Positions 1 to 8,057 of a DNA stretch of 64,000 bases are shown here, piece after piece (the stretch's first letter is position 1; each line of letters opens with the position of its first letter). The DNA comes from Deltaproteobacteria bacterium. Its GTDB lineage: Bacteria; Desulfobacterota; Binatia; UBA12015. The stretch is taken from NCBI GenBank assembly GCA_046583355.1, contig JAYGCM010000009.1:32808-96807 (forward strand), read 5' to 3'. The translations under genes and the position numbers were made by a program. The notes under the pieces were generated by a model. The model was given only the letters and a program-made list of their open reading frames with translations, was not told where the DNA came from and did not search any database.

Positions 1-500
1 GCTACCAGCTCTACGAGACCAGCGACGACCGCCACGTTCTCTTCATGGCGTCCGAGCAGGCCTTCTGGAAAAACTTCTGCGAAGGCACCGGCCGCATGGA
101 CCTCTTCGAGAAATGGCCCGGCTCGAAATATGCCGACCATGCGCGCGGCAACCGCGCCTTGCAGGCAGTCTTACGTGAGATTTTCAAAACAAAAACCTCG
201 CAGGAATGGATCGCCTTCGGCAACGAGGCGAATACGCCGATCGCGCCGGTGAATACGCCGCAGACGATGAAGCAGGACCCGCAATTCCAGCATCGCTTCC
301 CGCTCTATACGGTCGAGCAACTCGATGCCGAGCAATTGCCGACGCCGCTGAAATTCATCGACGAGACGCTGCCCACACCCACCCGCGCCCCTACCATCGG
401 CCAGCATAGTGCCGAGGTTCTGAAGAACGTACTTGGATGGGACGACGCCCAGGTCGCCAAGGCGCGCGACGCCGGCGCGCTCGGCGACCCCGACAAATAA
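1..500 (+). CDS. Family III CoA-transferase (CaiB/BaiF-like), C-terminal part; 5' end outside window
   Basis: Frame is open from position 3 (YQLYETSDDRHVLFM...) into listed ORF 45..500. The C-terminal region looks like the CaiB/BaiF family (EWIAFGNEANTPIAPVNTPQTMKQDPQF). Confidence 0.75.
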   Translation, partial: YQLYETSDDRHVLFMASEQAFWKNFCEGTGRMDLFEKWPGSKYADHARGNRALQAVLREIFKTKTSQEWIAFGNEANTPIAPVNTPQTMKQDPQFQHRFPLYTVEQLDAEQLPTPLKFIDETLPTPTRAPTIGQHSAEVLKNVLGWDDAQVAKARDAGALGDPDK

Positions 501-555
501 AACTCGTAGGGCCCCGGCCCTAGCGCTTGAGCGTCAGGCGCATAGGAGGCGGGGC

Positions 556-3030
556 TCAGACCTCGAGGGCGCCGCTCTTTTCGAGGTCGGCGCGCGCGGT
601 CTCGTCCAGGCCCAGCCATTGCGCAAGCACTGCCGCGTTGTCGGCACCGATCGGCCGACCGGTATCGGTCGTATGGCCCGGCGTGGCGTCCAACCCGAAG
701 CCGAGGCGGCTTGCCGCCACCTCGCCGCGGCTTGCATGCGCGATTGTTTCGAAGAAATCCCGCGCCCGCAATTGCGGGTCATACTCGCAAAGGTCGCGTA
801 CATTCTGCACCGCACCGGCAGGCACGCCGGCCGCCTGCAGAGATTCCATCACCTCTGTTTTCGTTTGCGTGGAGGTCCACCCAGTCAACAGGGCATCGAG
901 TTCCCCGGCGTGCTCGAGGCGCGCGGCAAACGAGGCAAAGCGCGCGTCGGCCTGCCATTCGGCGTGGCCCGTAGCCCGGCAAAGAGCCCGCCAATGGTCC
1001 TCATGCAGAGCGGTAATCGCGCACCAACTATCCTCGCCGGAGCAAGCGTAGAGGCCCCAAGGCGCACCGCGCGCACGGCCATTGCCCTGCGGCGCAGGCG
1101 CGCCGCCGTCGAGCGCCTGCAACATCACATCACCGATCGTCGCCACGCAGGTCTCCATCTGCGCGATGTCAATCAACTGGCCCTCGCCCGTTCGCGTGCG
1201 GTGGTCGAGCGCCGCCATGACCGCCGTAAGCCCATGCAACGCACCCACCGGGTCTGAGTAGGCGTATTGGGTGATCGTACACCCCTTGCCGGGAAACCCC
1301 GAGAGTGCCGCAAGCCCGGAGACGGCCTCCATATTCGGCCCCCAGGTCACATAGCCCGCCGCCGGCCCCTCGCGGCCGAAGCCCGAGGTGGCGAGATAGA
1401 TCAGACCGGGATTCGCGGCGGCCAGTACCTCGTAGCCAAGACCGAGACGTTCGACGACGCCAGGAACGAAGTTTTCGATGACGACATCCGCCTCAGCGGC
1501 GAGCCTTTTGGCGATCGCCAGAGCATCGGCATTTTTGAGGTCCAATCCGACGAAACGCTTGCCCGCATTCCAGTCCGTGAACCAGGGCGAGAGCACCTCG
1601 CTTACGCCCGCCTCCGGTGCCTGCGGCGAGATATACAGGCGCGTGACGTCGGCTGCCGTACGTGATTCGATCTTGACGACATCCGCACCATGGTAGGCCA
1701 TCATGCGCCCGACCCAGGGCCCGGCCATGCCGGCGGTAAATTCAAGGACCCGCAGCCCCGAGAGAGGCTCACCCGGACGGGCGGACCGGGGTGAATGAGA
1801 ATCAGCCGAATCCTCGCCGTGCGGGCGCGAAGCCTGCTGGCCAGGCGATAGCGCCCCACTGCCCGGGCTCTTCGAGTCCTGTGCCACCGCTGTGGTCCAG
1901 CCTTCCGCGCGATGCTCGCCCAACGCCGGTGCTCGGCGCGCGGCTTCCCTCGGTGCGGCTGGGAAACGGATCGGCAGGCCGGGGTAGCGCAACTCTCCGC
2001 CTGGCAGACGCGCAAAGAATCCGCGCGCCGCGAGATGCGCATCCGCCACAACTGCGGCGGCATCGTTGAGCGGCGTGATCGCAAGATGCCTCCTCTGGCC
2101 CTCAGCGTAGAGTTCCACCACCGAGTAGCGCGCGAAGAGTTCGGCCAGCCACGCATCGATCACCGGGCGAAACTCGTGACGGTTGGCCGAAGGGCCGGTA
2201 AACGCGGGGTCGAGGATCGCCTCGTTACCCGTCACCTCGGCGACCCACTGCGCAAGCGCCTGCCAATGCGCGGGACGGTTGAGGGTCAAATAAATCCGGC
2301 CGTCGCAGGCGTCCCAGACCCCGGAGGGGATCGACGCCGCCAGACTCGCGCCCTCGCGCCGTGAGATCATTTGATCTTCCCGGTAGCGCCCGGCCCCAAC
2401 GATATGCGAGACCGCCGCCATCGACTCCTGCAGCGAGACATCCACAACCTGGCCCACGCCCGTGCGGCGCGCGAGACGCCAGGCGACCATCGCACCGGCC
2501 GCAGCCGAGAGCCCAGCCATCACGCAGGCCGGGTAGCCGGCGAGTGAGACCGGCGGTTCATCGGGCCAACCGGTGGTATGCGCCGCACCCGAGAGCGCCG
2601 TAGCCACCAGATCCGACGAGAGCCAACCGCGGCGTGGGCCGTCCTGGCCGAATCCACTGATCCGCGCCATGACCAGCCGCGGGTTGTCGGCGTGCAATTC
2701 TTCGGCACCGAGCCCGAGCGATTCGAGAACGCCCGGACCACGCGTCTCCACCAGAATATCAGCGCCCGCCACCAGGTCCCGAAAGGCCGCGGCGCCGGTC
2801 GCCTGCGGCAGATCCAATACCAGGCTCTGTTTCGAGGTATTAGCGTAAAGAAACCAATAGCTCTGCGCCGGCGCGCTCGGGCGAAAGGGAGGAATCGCTC
2901 GACTGCCTTCCCCCCCGGGGGCTTCGACCTTGATTACCTCCGCGCCGAGTCCGCCGAGTAATTTACCAGCATACTCGCCCGTCTCATCGGCCAACTCGAC
3001 AACACGGATTCCGGCAAGGGGCAGACTCAT
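556..3030 (-). CDS. Tandem (duplicated) family III CoA-transferase, single chain of 824 aa
   Basis: Two CaiB/BaiF-like halves, each opening with the typical N-terminus (LAGIRVVELADETGEYAGKLLGGLGAEVIKVE and LSGLRVLEFTAGMAGPWVGRMMAYHGADVVKIE). They are joined by a low-complexity S/P/G linker. ATG at 3030 is preceded by GGAAGAGGG. Confidence 0.85.
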   Translation of the reverse strand: MSLPLAGIRVVELADETGEYAGKLLGGLGAEVIKVEAPGGEGSRAIPPFRPSAPAQSYWFLYANTSKQSLVLDLPQATGAAAFRDLVAGADILVETRGPGVLESLGLGAEELHADNPRLVMARISGFGQDGPRRGWLSSDLVATALSGAAHTTGWPDEPPVSLAGYPACVMAGLSAAAGAMVAWRLARRTGVGQVVDVSLQESMAAVSHIVGAGRYREDQMISRREGASLAASIPSGVWDACDGRIYLTLNRPAHWQALAQWVAEVTGNEAILDPAFTGPSANRHEFRPVIDAWLAELFARYSVVELYAEGQRRHLAITPLNDAAAVVADAHLAARGFFARLPGGELRYPGLPIRFPAAPREAARRAPALGEHRAEGWTTAVAQDSKSPGSGALSPGQQASRPHGEDSADSHSPRSARPGEPLSGLRVLEFTAGMAGPWVGRMMAYHGADVVKIESRTAADVTRLYISPQAPEAGVSEVLSPWFTDWNAGKRFVGLDLKNADALAIAKRLAAEADVVIENFVPGVVERLGLGYEVLAAANPGLIYLATSGFGREGPAAGYVTWGPNMEAVSGLAALSGFPGKGCTITQYAYSDPVGALHGLTAVMAALDHRTRTGEGQLIDIAQMETCVATIGDVMLQALDGGAPAPQGNGRARGAPWGLYACSGEDSWCAITALHEDHWRALCRATGHAEWQADARFASFAARLEHAGELDALLTGWTSTQTKTEVMESLQAAGVPAGAVQNVRDLCEYDPQLRARDFFETIAHASRGEVAASRLGFGLDATPGHTTDTGRPIGADNAAVLAQWLGLDETARADLEKSGALEV

Positions 3031-3141
3031 GCCCTCTTCCCGCCCACATTCCGGCGCATGATTCTACCCCGCTCGCCAGCCGCAAAAGGCCAATGCCCGG
3101 CCAGGAGCCGAGAGCGCAGAAACTCCCGCATAGGCTCCTGC

Positions 3142-4386
3142 CTAATGCTGCACCGGGCAGCCCGAAGGCCGCGTGAACTCGACCTGCATCTCTTTGATGC
3201 CGTCGATGAAATTCGAGTGCAGGAGGCGCGGTTTTTTCACTACGTGCATATCGGGGACGCGGTCGAGGAGCTCGTCGAAGATACAGGCAAGCTGCATCTT
3301 GGCGAGGTTCGCGCCGAGACAGAAATGCTCGCCGATACCGAAGGTCAAATGCGGGTTCGGGCTACGCGTGATGTCGAAGGTATCGGGGTCCTGGAAGACG
3401 TCCTCGTCGCGGTTGGCCGAGGGGTAGAACATCACGAGTTTGTCGCCCTTCTTGATTTTCTGACCGCGGATCTCCGTGTCGATCAATGCCGTGCGGCGGA
3501 ATTGCATCACCGGCGGTGCCATCCGCAGGCATTCATCGATCGCCAAGGGCAGCAACTCGCGGTTGTCGCGCAGCTGCTGGTAGGCCTCGGGATGGTCGCT
3601 CAGAAGCCGCATAATATGCGAGGTCCCGTTGCGGGTAGTCTCGTTGCCGGCCACCGAGAGCAGCACCATGAAAGAATTGAAATGGTGCTCGGTGATCTTC
3701 TCGCCGTCGACCTCGCCGTTGATCATCTTGCTGATCAGCGTATCGTCCGGGTTTGCCTTCTTCTCCTCGGCCAGAGTGCTTGCGTAGGTATAGAGCTCTA
3801 TGGCCGCTGCCTGACCGTCGTTGGGCGCACCGAATTCTTCATCGTCGGTGGCAATCAACCGATTCGACCAATCAAAAATCTTCTTGCGGTCTTCGAGCGG
3901 AATTCCCATCAGCTCACAGATGAGGATCAAGGGCAGCTCGGACGCGAGCTCTTCGACGAACTCGCAGGAGTCTTTCTCGGCGAGTTCGTCCACAATGCGC
4001 TTGGCGTGCGCGCGAATCTTCGGCTCGATCTCCCGGACCATGCGCGGCGTGAAGACGCGCTGTAGAAGCCTGCGATACTTGACGTGCTCAGGCGGGTCCA
4101 TGCCGATCAGGCTCTCGCGCTGACCGGCGAGGTCATCCCCCTCCATATCGAATATAAAAGGCAGCCCCTCCCAGGAGGAGAAGACCTTCGGGTTGCGCGA
4201 GATCGCAAACACATCTTCGTGCTTGGTGATCACCCAGAAGCTTTTGGTAATGCGGAACTCCGCAGCCGAGGCCGGCACTTCCTGCCAATGCACGGGGTCC
4301 TCGCGGCGCAGCATGCGGAAGTATTCGTGCGGGAAACCCTCGTCGTAGGCCGCGGGTAGGTAGAGTTCGATATCGCCTAGCTTCAT
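3142..4386 (-). CDS. Cytochrome P450
   Basis: Heme-binding FGIGEHFCLGANLA, I-helix AGNETT and K-helix ECLR (ExxR). ATG at 4386 (MKLGDIELY); the listed ORF start at 4398 is a TTG alternative. Confidence 0.9.
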   Translation of the reverse strand: MKLGDIELYLPAAYDEGFPHEYFRMLRREDPVHWQEVPASAAEFRITKSFWVITKHEDVFAISRNPKVFSSWEGLPFIFDMEGDDLAGQRESLIGMDPPEHVKYRRLLQRVFTPRMVREIEPKIRAHAKRIVDELAEKDSCEFVEELASELPLILICELMGIPLEDRKKIFDWSNRLIATDDEEFGAPNDGQAAAIELYTYASTLAEEKKANPDDTLISKMINGEVDGEKITEHHFNSFMVLLSVAGNETTRNGTSHIMRLLSDHPEAYQQLRDNRELLPLAIDECLRMAPPVMQFRRTALIDTEIRGQKIKKGDKLVMFYPSANRDEDVFQDPDTFDITRSPNPHLTFGIGEHFCLGANLAKMQLACIFDELLDRVPDMHVVKKPRLLHSNFIDGIKEMQVEFTRPSGCPVQH

Positions 4387-4398
4387 GCGCTCTTCCAA

Positions 4399-5127
4399 CT
4401 AGAGGAGGCGCAGCAACGCAACGGTTGCGGTCGCTGCGCCGGCGACGGCGAGCAGCATGAGGACGAATTTCTGGAAGCGCTCGGGGTCGAGACGCCCAAG
4501 CAATTTCTGGCCGAGCCAGTAGCCGCCCAAAAGAAAGGGAATCCCGATGGCGATCTGGCGCAGCTCGGCCACGCCAAGCACGCCGGCCCACACGAAACCC
4601 GTGAGGGCGAAAACTCCATTGAGCACAAAGAGATTCGACAACGCGGCGCGAAAGACTGTCGGGGGCAGCCCGGAGGCCTGGAGATAGAGCACGATCGGCG
4701 GCCCGTTGATCGCCGTACTGGTGGTGAGAATGCCGGACACAAACCCGGTCAGTCCGGCGGCCACATCCGAATGCTTCCAGCGCAGGCCGAACCAGATCGC
4801 GCCCGCCATGGTCGCGGCGGTTACGCCCACCAGCACACGCAACACTTCCGCAGATGTGTAGAGCAGCACATAGACGCCGAGCGGCAGGCCGATCACACTG
4901 CCGGCCAGGAGCAAAAAGACCAGGCGCCACGGTGCATGCTCACGCACCGAATGCGATACCCGCAACGCATTCATAAAGGAGAGTACCGCAGAGATCGGCA
5001 CAGCCTGTGCGGGCTCCATGAAAATCACCAGCGTCGGCACCACAAGTAGCGAAAAACCGAAGCCCGCCACCGTCTGGACCATCGCTCCAACCAGAGTGAT
5101 AGCCGCGATGGCGATCTCAGTTTCCAC
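4399..5127 (-). CDS. TauE/SafE (DUF81) family anion exporter membrane protein
   Basis: Multi-TM protein with typical DUF81 organisation (..TVAGFGFSLLVVP.., ..GFVSGILTTSTAINGPPIVLYL..). The start is uncertain: GTG 5127 is preferred because 5128-5163 lies inside an intergenic repeat copy, while the listed ORF start 5163 is TTG. Confidence 0.75.
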   Translation of the reverse strand: METEIAIAAITLVGAMVQTVAGFGFSLLVVPTLVIFMEPAQAVPISAVLSFMNALRVSHSVREHAPWRLVFLLLAGSVIGLPLGVYVLLYTSAEVLRVLVGVTAATMAGAIWFGLRWKHSDVAAGLTGFVSGILTTSTAINGPPIVLYLQASGLPPTVFRAALSNLFVLNGVFALTGFVWAGVLGVAELRQIAIGIPFLLGGYWLGQKLLGRLDPERFQKFVLMLLAVAGAATATVALLRLL

Positions 5128-5173
5128 CCCCGGAATATCGCAGGCCGATTGGCAAAAGTGCAAATCGGCTCGC

Positions 5174-5205
5174 GATGCAGGCCTGCTTTTCGGCCGAGCC
5201 TCTAG
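5174..5205 (-). repeat. Copy of CTAGAGGC-CGGCCGAAAAG-AGGCCTGCATC repeat family (inverted orientation)
   Basis: The reverse complement reads CTAGAGGCTCGGCCGAAAAGCAGGCCTGCATC. This is nearly identical to 23732-23763 and 42884-42915. Confidence 0.65.
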
Positions 5206-5363
5206 CCGAATAAGAGGCCCGAACGACCGTCCGATCCAGCTGGGGACGTTTCAGCCTGCCCCCCCCTCGCCGATCAACTCAAGGCGCGCTAAACTTCAAG
5301 GCAATGCTTCCTTTCGTATCGTATCGGAAAGCCGCTTTCCGGAACCGAGGGACAACGACTCTG

Positions 5364-7163
5364 ATGATGAAATCAAAAATGATGGTACTCGCGTTGCTGA
5401 TCCCCGCGGTCGGCATGGTGGCTGGTTGTGGCGGGTCGAGCGACCCCTACACCGGCCTTGTCCCGCAGCCGACCGCCGAGCCCGGCCCCGAGCCGACGCC
5501 CGAACCGACGGCCGCACCCGAGCCGACCGCCGAGCCGGTTGACCCGGACTGCCCCGACCCCGCGTTCCCCAGCACCTATGCGGCAATTCAGGAAATCGTC
5601 TTTCAGCGTAACGGCTGTGCCGGTACGACCTGCCACGGCGACGCCATGGCAGGCGGCCTCGACCTTCGCGAAGGCGTCTCCTACGGCAACCTCTTAGAGG
5701 CCGACGCCACCTCATCGGACCTCTTCCGGGTCCATCCCGGCGACCGGATGCGCAGCGAACTCTGGCGCCGCCTCGACGCAACCAACGACGATTCCATCGT
5801 AATCGCCGGCGCACCGATGCCGATTGGCCTGCCGCCGCTCGACGCCGACACCATGGAGCTGGTGCGTTTGTGGATTCTCGCCGGCGCGCCGGAAGGCGGC
5901 ACCGTCCTGGACACCGAGGATCTCATCGACGGCTGCCTGCCTGCCCCGGAGCCCATCGCGATCGCGCCGCTGGCGCCGCTGGCTTCCGGCGCCGGCGTCC
6001 AATTCCAGATGCCTTCCTGGATCCTGCCCGCCGCCAGTGAAAACGAAATCTGTTTCGCTGTCTGGCTCGATTTCACCGACCAGGTCCCCGAGGACTTCCT
6101 CTCCGACGACGGCAATTTCTTCTTCTACGACCAATACGAAATCCGCCAGGACTCCAACAGCCACCATCTCCTGATGCAGGTTCCCACCGCCTCCTGGAGC
6201 GGCACGATTCTCGAACCCGATGTTCTGGAAGGCTGGACCTGTTCGGCCGGTAGCGCGAACGCGGGCGCGAGCTGCGACGCAAAAGATACCGAGGCCTGTG
6301 ACGGCGGCTTCTGCCGTTCGAAGATCGAAGAAACCAGTGGCTGCAACGGCTACGGCCCGGGCGGCGCGGCTACCCCGACGGTCTTCTCCGGCACCCAGCA
6401 GGCGAATTTCATCCGCACGAACTACCCGGGCGTTTACAGCCGCGTGCCGATCAAGGGCATTTTCTACTTCAACTCACACGCCTTCAACCTGACGGCGAAA
6501 GACGCCCTGATGCATGCACGCGCGAACTTCCGCTTCGCCACTCAGCGTGACTACCCGATGCGCAATCATAGCGACGGCATCTTCGGCATCCCGCGGCTGA
6601 TTGCCGAGGGCGCCCCGCCCTATACCACCAGGGAAATGTGCGATGACTGGGTATTACCGAAGGGAGCACGTCTCACCGCCTTGAGCTCGCATACCCACAA
6701 ACACGGCAAACATTGGTGGTATGACCTCCCCGACGGCGAGCGAATCTACGACTCCTATACCTACAACGACCCGCTGCAGAAGTACTTCGACCCGCCCATG
6801 GCCTTCGACCAGGACGATCCCGAAGACCGCCGGATCAGCTGGTGCTCGCTCTACAATAATGGCGTCGACGCAGACGGCAACGACGACCCCAGCCAGGTGA
6901 CCCGCGCCTCGAAGATTCAATACGGCATCCGTGGCTTCGGCCTGGGCGGCAGCTTCGGACGCTGCGAGCCCAGCCGTTGCATCAACGAAGGCCGCACCCA
7001 TATCCAATGCAACGACGGCATCAGTAACTTCAAAGGCGATGACGCCGAATGCGATTCCTCGCCGGGCGCTGGCGACGGGTTCTGTGATGCCTGCCGCATC
7101 ACCGGTGGCGTGACAACCGAGAACGAAATGTTCGGCCCGAACATCGCTTATTTCGTTCCCTGA
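5364..7163 (+). CDS. Secreted lipoprotein: PSCyt1-like CX4CH module plus PHM/DBH-like copper monooxygenase-type domains (putative)
   Basis: Lipoprotein signal MMKSKMMVLALLIPAVGMVAGC followed by a PEPT-rich linker. CAGTTCHG...GGLDL...MP...LVRLWILAGAPEG resembles the planctomycete cytochrome c domain. Ligand-like series: HH (6162-6167), H (6477), HTH (6690-6698) and TTENEMF (Met 7128). Confidence 0.6.
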   Translation: MMKSKMMVLALLIPAVGMVAGCGGSSDPYTGLVPQPTAEPGPEPTPEPTAAPEPTAEPVDPDCPDPAFPSTYAAIQEIVFQRNGCAGTTCHGDAMAGGLDLREGVSYGNLLEADATSSDLFRVHPGDRMRSELWRRLDATNDDSIVIAGAPMPIGLPPLDADTMELVRLWILAGAPEGGTVLDTEDLIDGCLPAPEPIAIAPLAPLASGAGVQFQMPSWILPAASENEICFAVWLDFTDQVPEDFLSDDGNFFFYDQYEIRQDSNSHHLLMQVPTASWSGTILEPDVLEGWTCSAGSANAGASCDAKDTEACDGGFCRSKIEETSGCNGYGPGGAATPTVFSGTQQANFIRTNYPGVYSRVPIKGIFYFNSHAFNLTAKDALMHARANFRFATQRDYPMRNHSDGIFGIPRLIAEGAPPYTTREMCDDWVLPKGARLTALSSHTHKHGKHWWYDLPDGERIYDSYTYNDPLQKYFDPPMAFDQDDPEDRRISWCSLYNNGVDADGNDDPSQVTRASKIQYGIRGFGLGGSFGRCEPSRCINEGRTHIQCNDGISNFKGDDAECDSSPGAGDGFCDACRITGGVTTENEMFGPNIAYFVP

Positions 7164-7188
7164 TTCAGGCATTCCGCTTGACAGAGAA

Positions 7189-7228
7189 GGCCCGTAGCGC
7201 TGTTTCGCGCTGCGGGCTTTTTCTTTTT
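7189..7228 (+). terminator. Rho-independent terminator after the lipoprotein gene
   Basis: Stem GGCCCGTAGCGC / GCGCTGCGGGC with one G-U pair and a 6-nt loop, followed by TTTTTCTTTTT. Confidence 0.75.
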
Positions 7229-7260
7229 CAGCAGACCAATTGCCCCGCAAGGAGACCCTC

Positions 7261-7911
7261 ATGGCCAAGATGGAAGATGGATTCGGCAAGCCGGATGAAG
7301 TGCGTATCTTCGTCGAGGCGAATGCCGAGCGCGGCAATGCCGCAAGCGTCCTCGCCACGCTCGATCGCTACGCCGAAGAGCATTTTTTCCTCATGAACGT
7401 CGGCCCCGAAAAGGGCCCGCTACTTACCACCGAAGTCGACAAAATCGGTCCGGCGGCGCGCATCATCGAGCTCGGCAGCTATTGCGGCTACTCGGCCGTG
7501 CTGATCGCCCAGCGGCTCGACGCAAGCGGGCATCTGGTTTGTGTCGAGCTCGACCCGGAAGCCGTGCGTGGCACCCGCGCCACGGTCGAATTCGCCGGGC
7601 TGGCCGACCGTGTCGAGGTGATCGAGGGCGCCTCGGGCGATATCATCCCGACACTCGACGGTAGCTTTGACCTGGTCTTCCTCGACCATTGGAAAGACCT
7701 CTACGAGGAAGATCTCAAAGCGTTCGAGGCCCGCGGGCTGCTGCACAAAGGCTCAGTTATCTTCGCCGACAACGTCGGCCCGAGCTTCAACCCCGAGAGC
7801 TACCTCAATTATGTGCGGACGAGCGGTAAATACGACTCGACGCACCACCTCTCGACCATCGAATACACCGATATGCCGGACGCGGCCGAAGTCTCTATCT
7901 ACCGCGGCTGA
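7261..7911 (+). CDS. Catechol O-methyltransferase-like class I SAM methyltransferase
   Basis: ELGSYCGYSAVLIAQRL (SAM motif I), FDLVFLDHWKDLY and VIFADNVGP match the animal COMT motifs (FLDHWKDRY, LLADNV). ATG 7261 has an AAGGAGA RBS; the listed start 7240 is TTG. Confidence 0.85.
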   Translation: MAKMEDGFGKPDEVRIFVEANAERGNAASVLATLDRYAEEHFFLMNVGPEKGPLLTTEVDKIGPAARIIELGSYCGYSAVLIAQRLDASGHLVCVELDPEAVRGTRATVEFAGLADRVEVIEGASGDIIPTLDGSFDLVFLDHWKDLYEEDLKAFEARGLLHKGSVIFADNVGPSFNPESYLNYVRTSGKYDSTHHLSTIEYTDMPDAAEVSIYRG

Positions 7912-7930
7912 TTCTCCTGGCGGCGCTGAA

Positions 7931-8042
7931 AGAACGCGCACTGGAGGCCCGACTCAAGAGCCGGCAAGGATGCGCTTCCCGCAGTAGCGGGCGTGCGCAT
8001 GGCAGAACGCGCGTGGAGGCCCGACTCGAAAGCCGGGCCTCC
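7931..8042. repeat. Direct repeat pair (7931-7964 and 8004-8036); second copy forms a GGAGGCCCG/CGGGCCTCC hairpin (8015-8042)
   Basis: AGAACGCGCACTGGAGGCCCGACTCAAGAGCCGG versus AGAACGCGCGTGGAGGCCCGACTCGAAAGCCGG, in the gap between the convergent COMT-like and helicase genes. Confidence 0.6.
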
Positions 8043-8057
8043 GCCACGCGATGTTTC

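Noticed and set aside
507-522. TAGGGCCCCGGCCCTA palindrome between convergent CoA-transferase genes as a terminator or repeat-family member
   Set aside because: The stem is short with a 2-nt loop and no U-tract, and it only loosely resembles the CTAGAGGCCCGGCC head. That is too weak to call.
5364-7911. Cu-monooxygenase-like gene and COMT-like gene as one operon
   Set aside because: A strong intrinsic terminator (7189-7228) and a separate RBS lie between them. I kept only the adjacency as a finding, not co-transcription.
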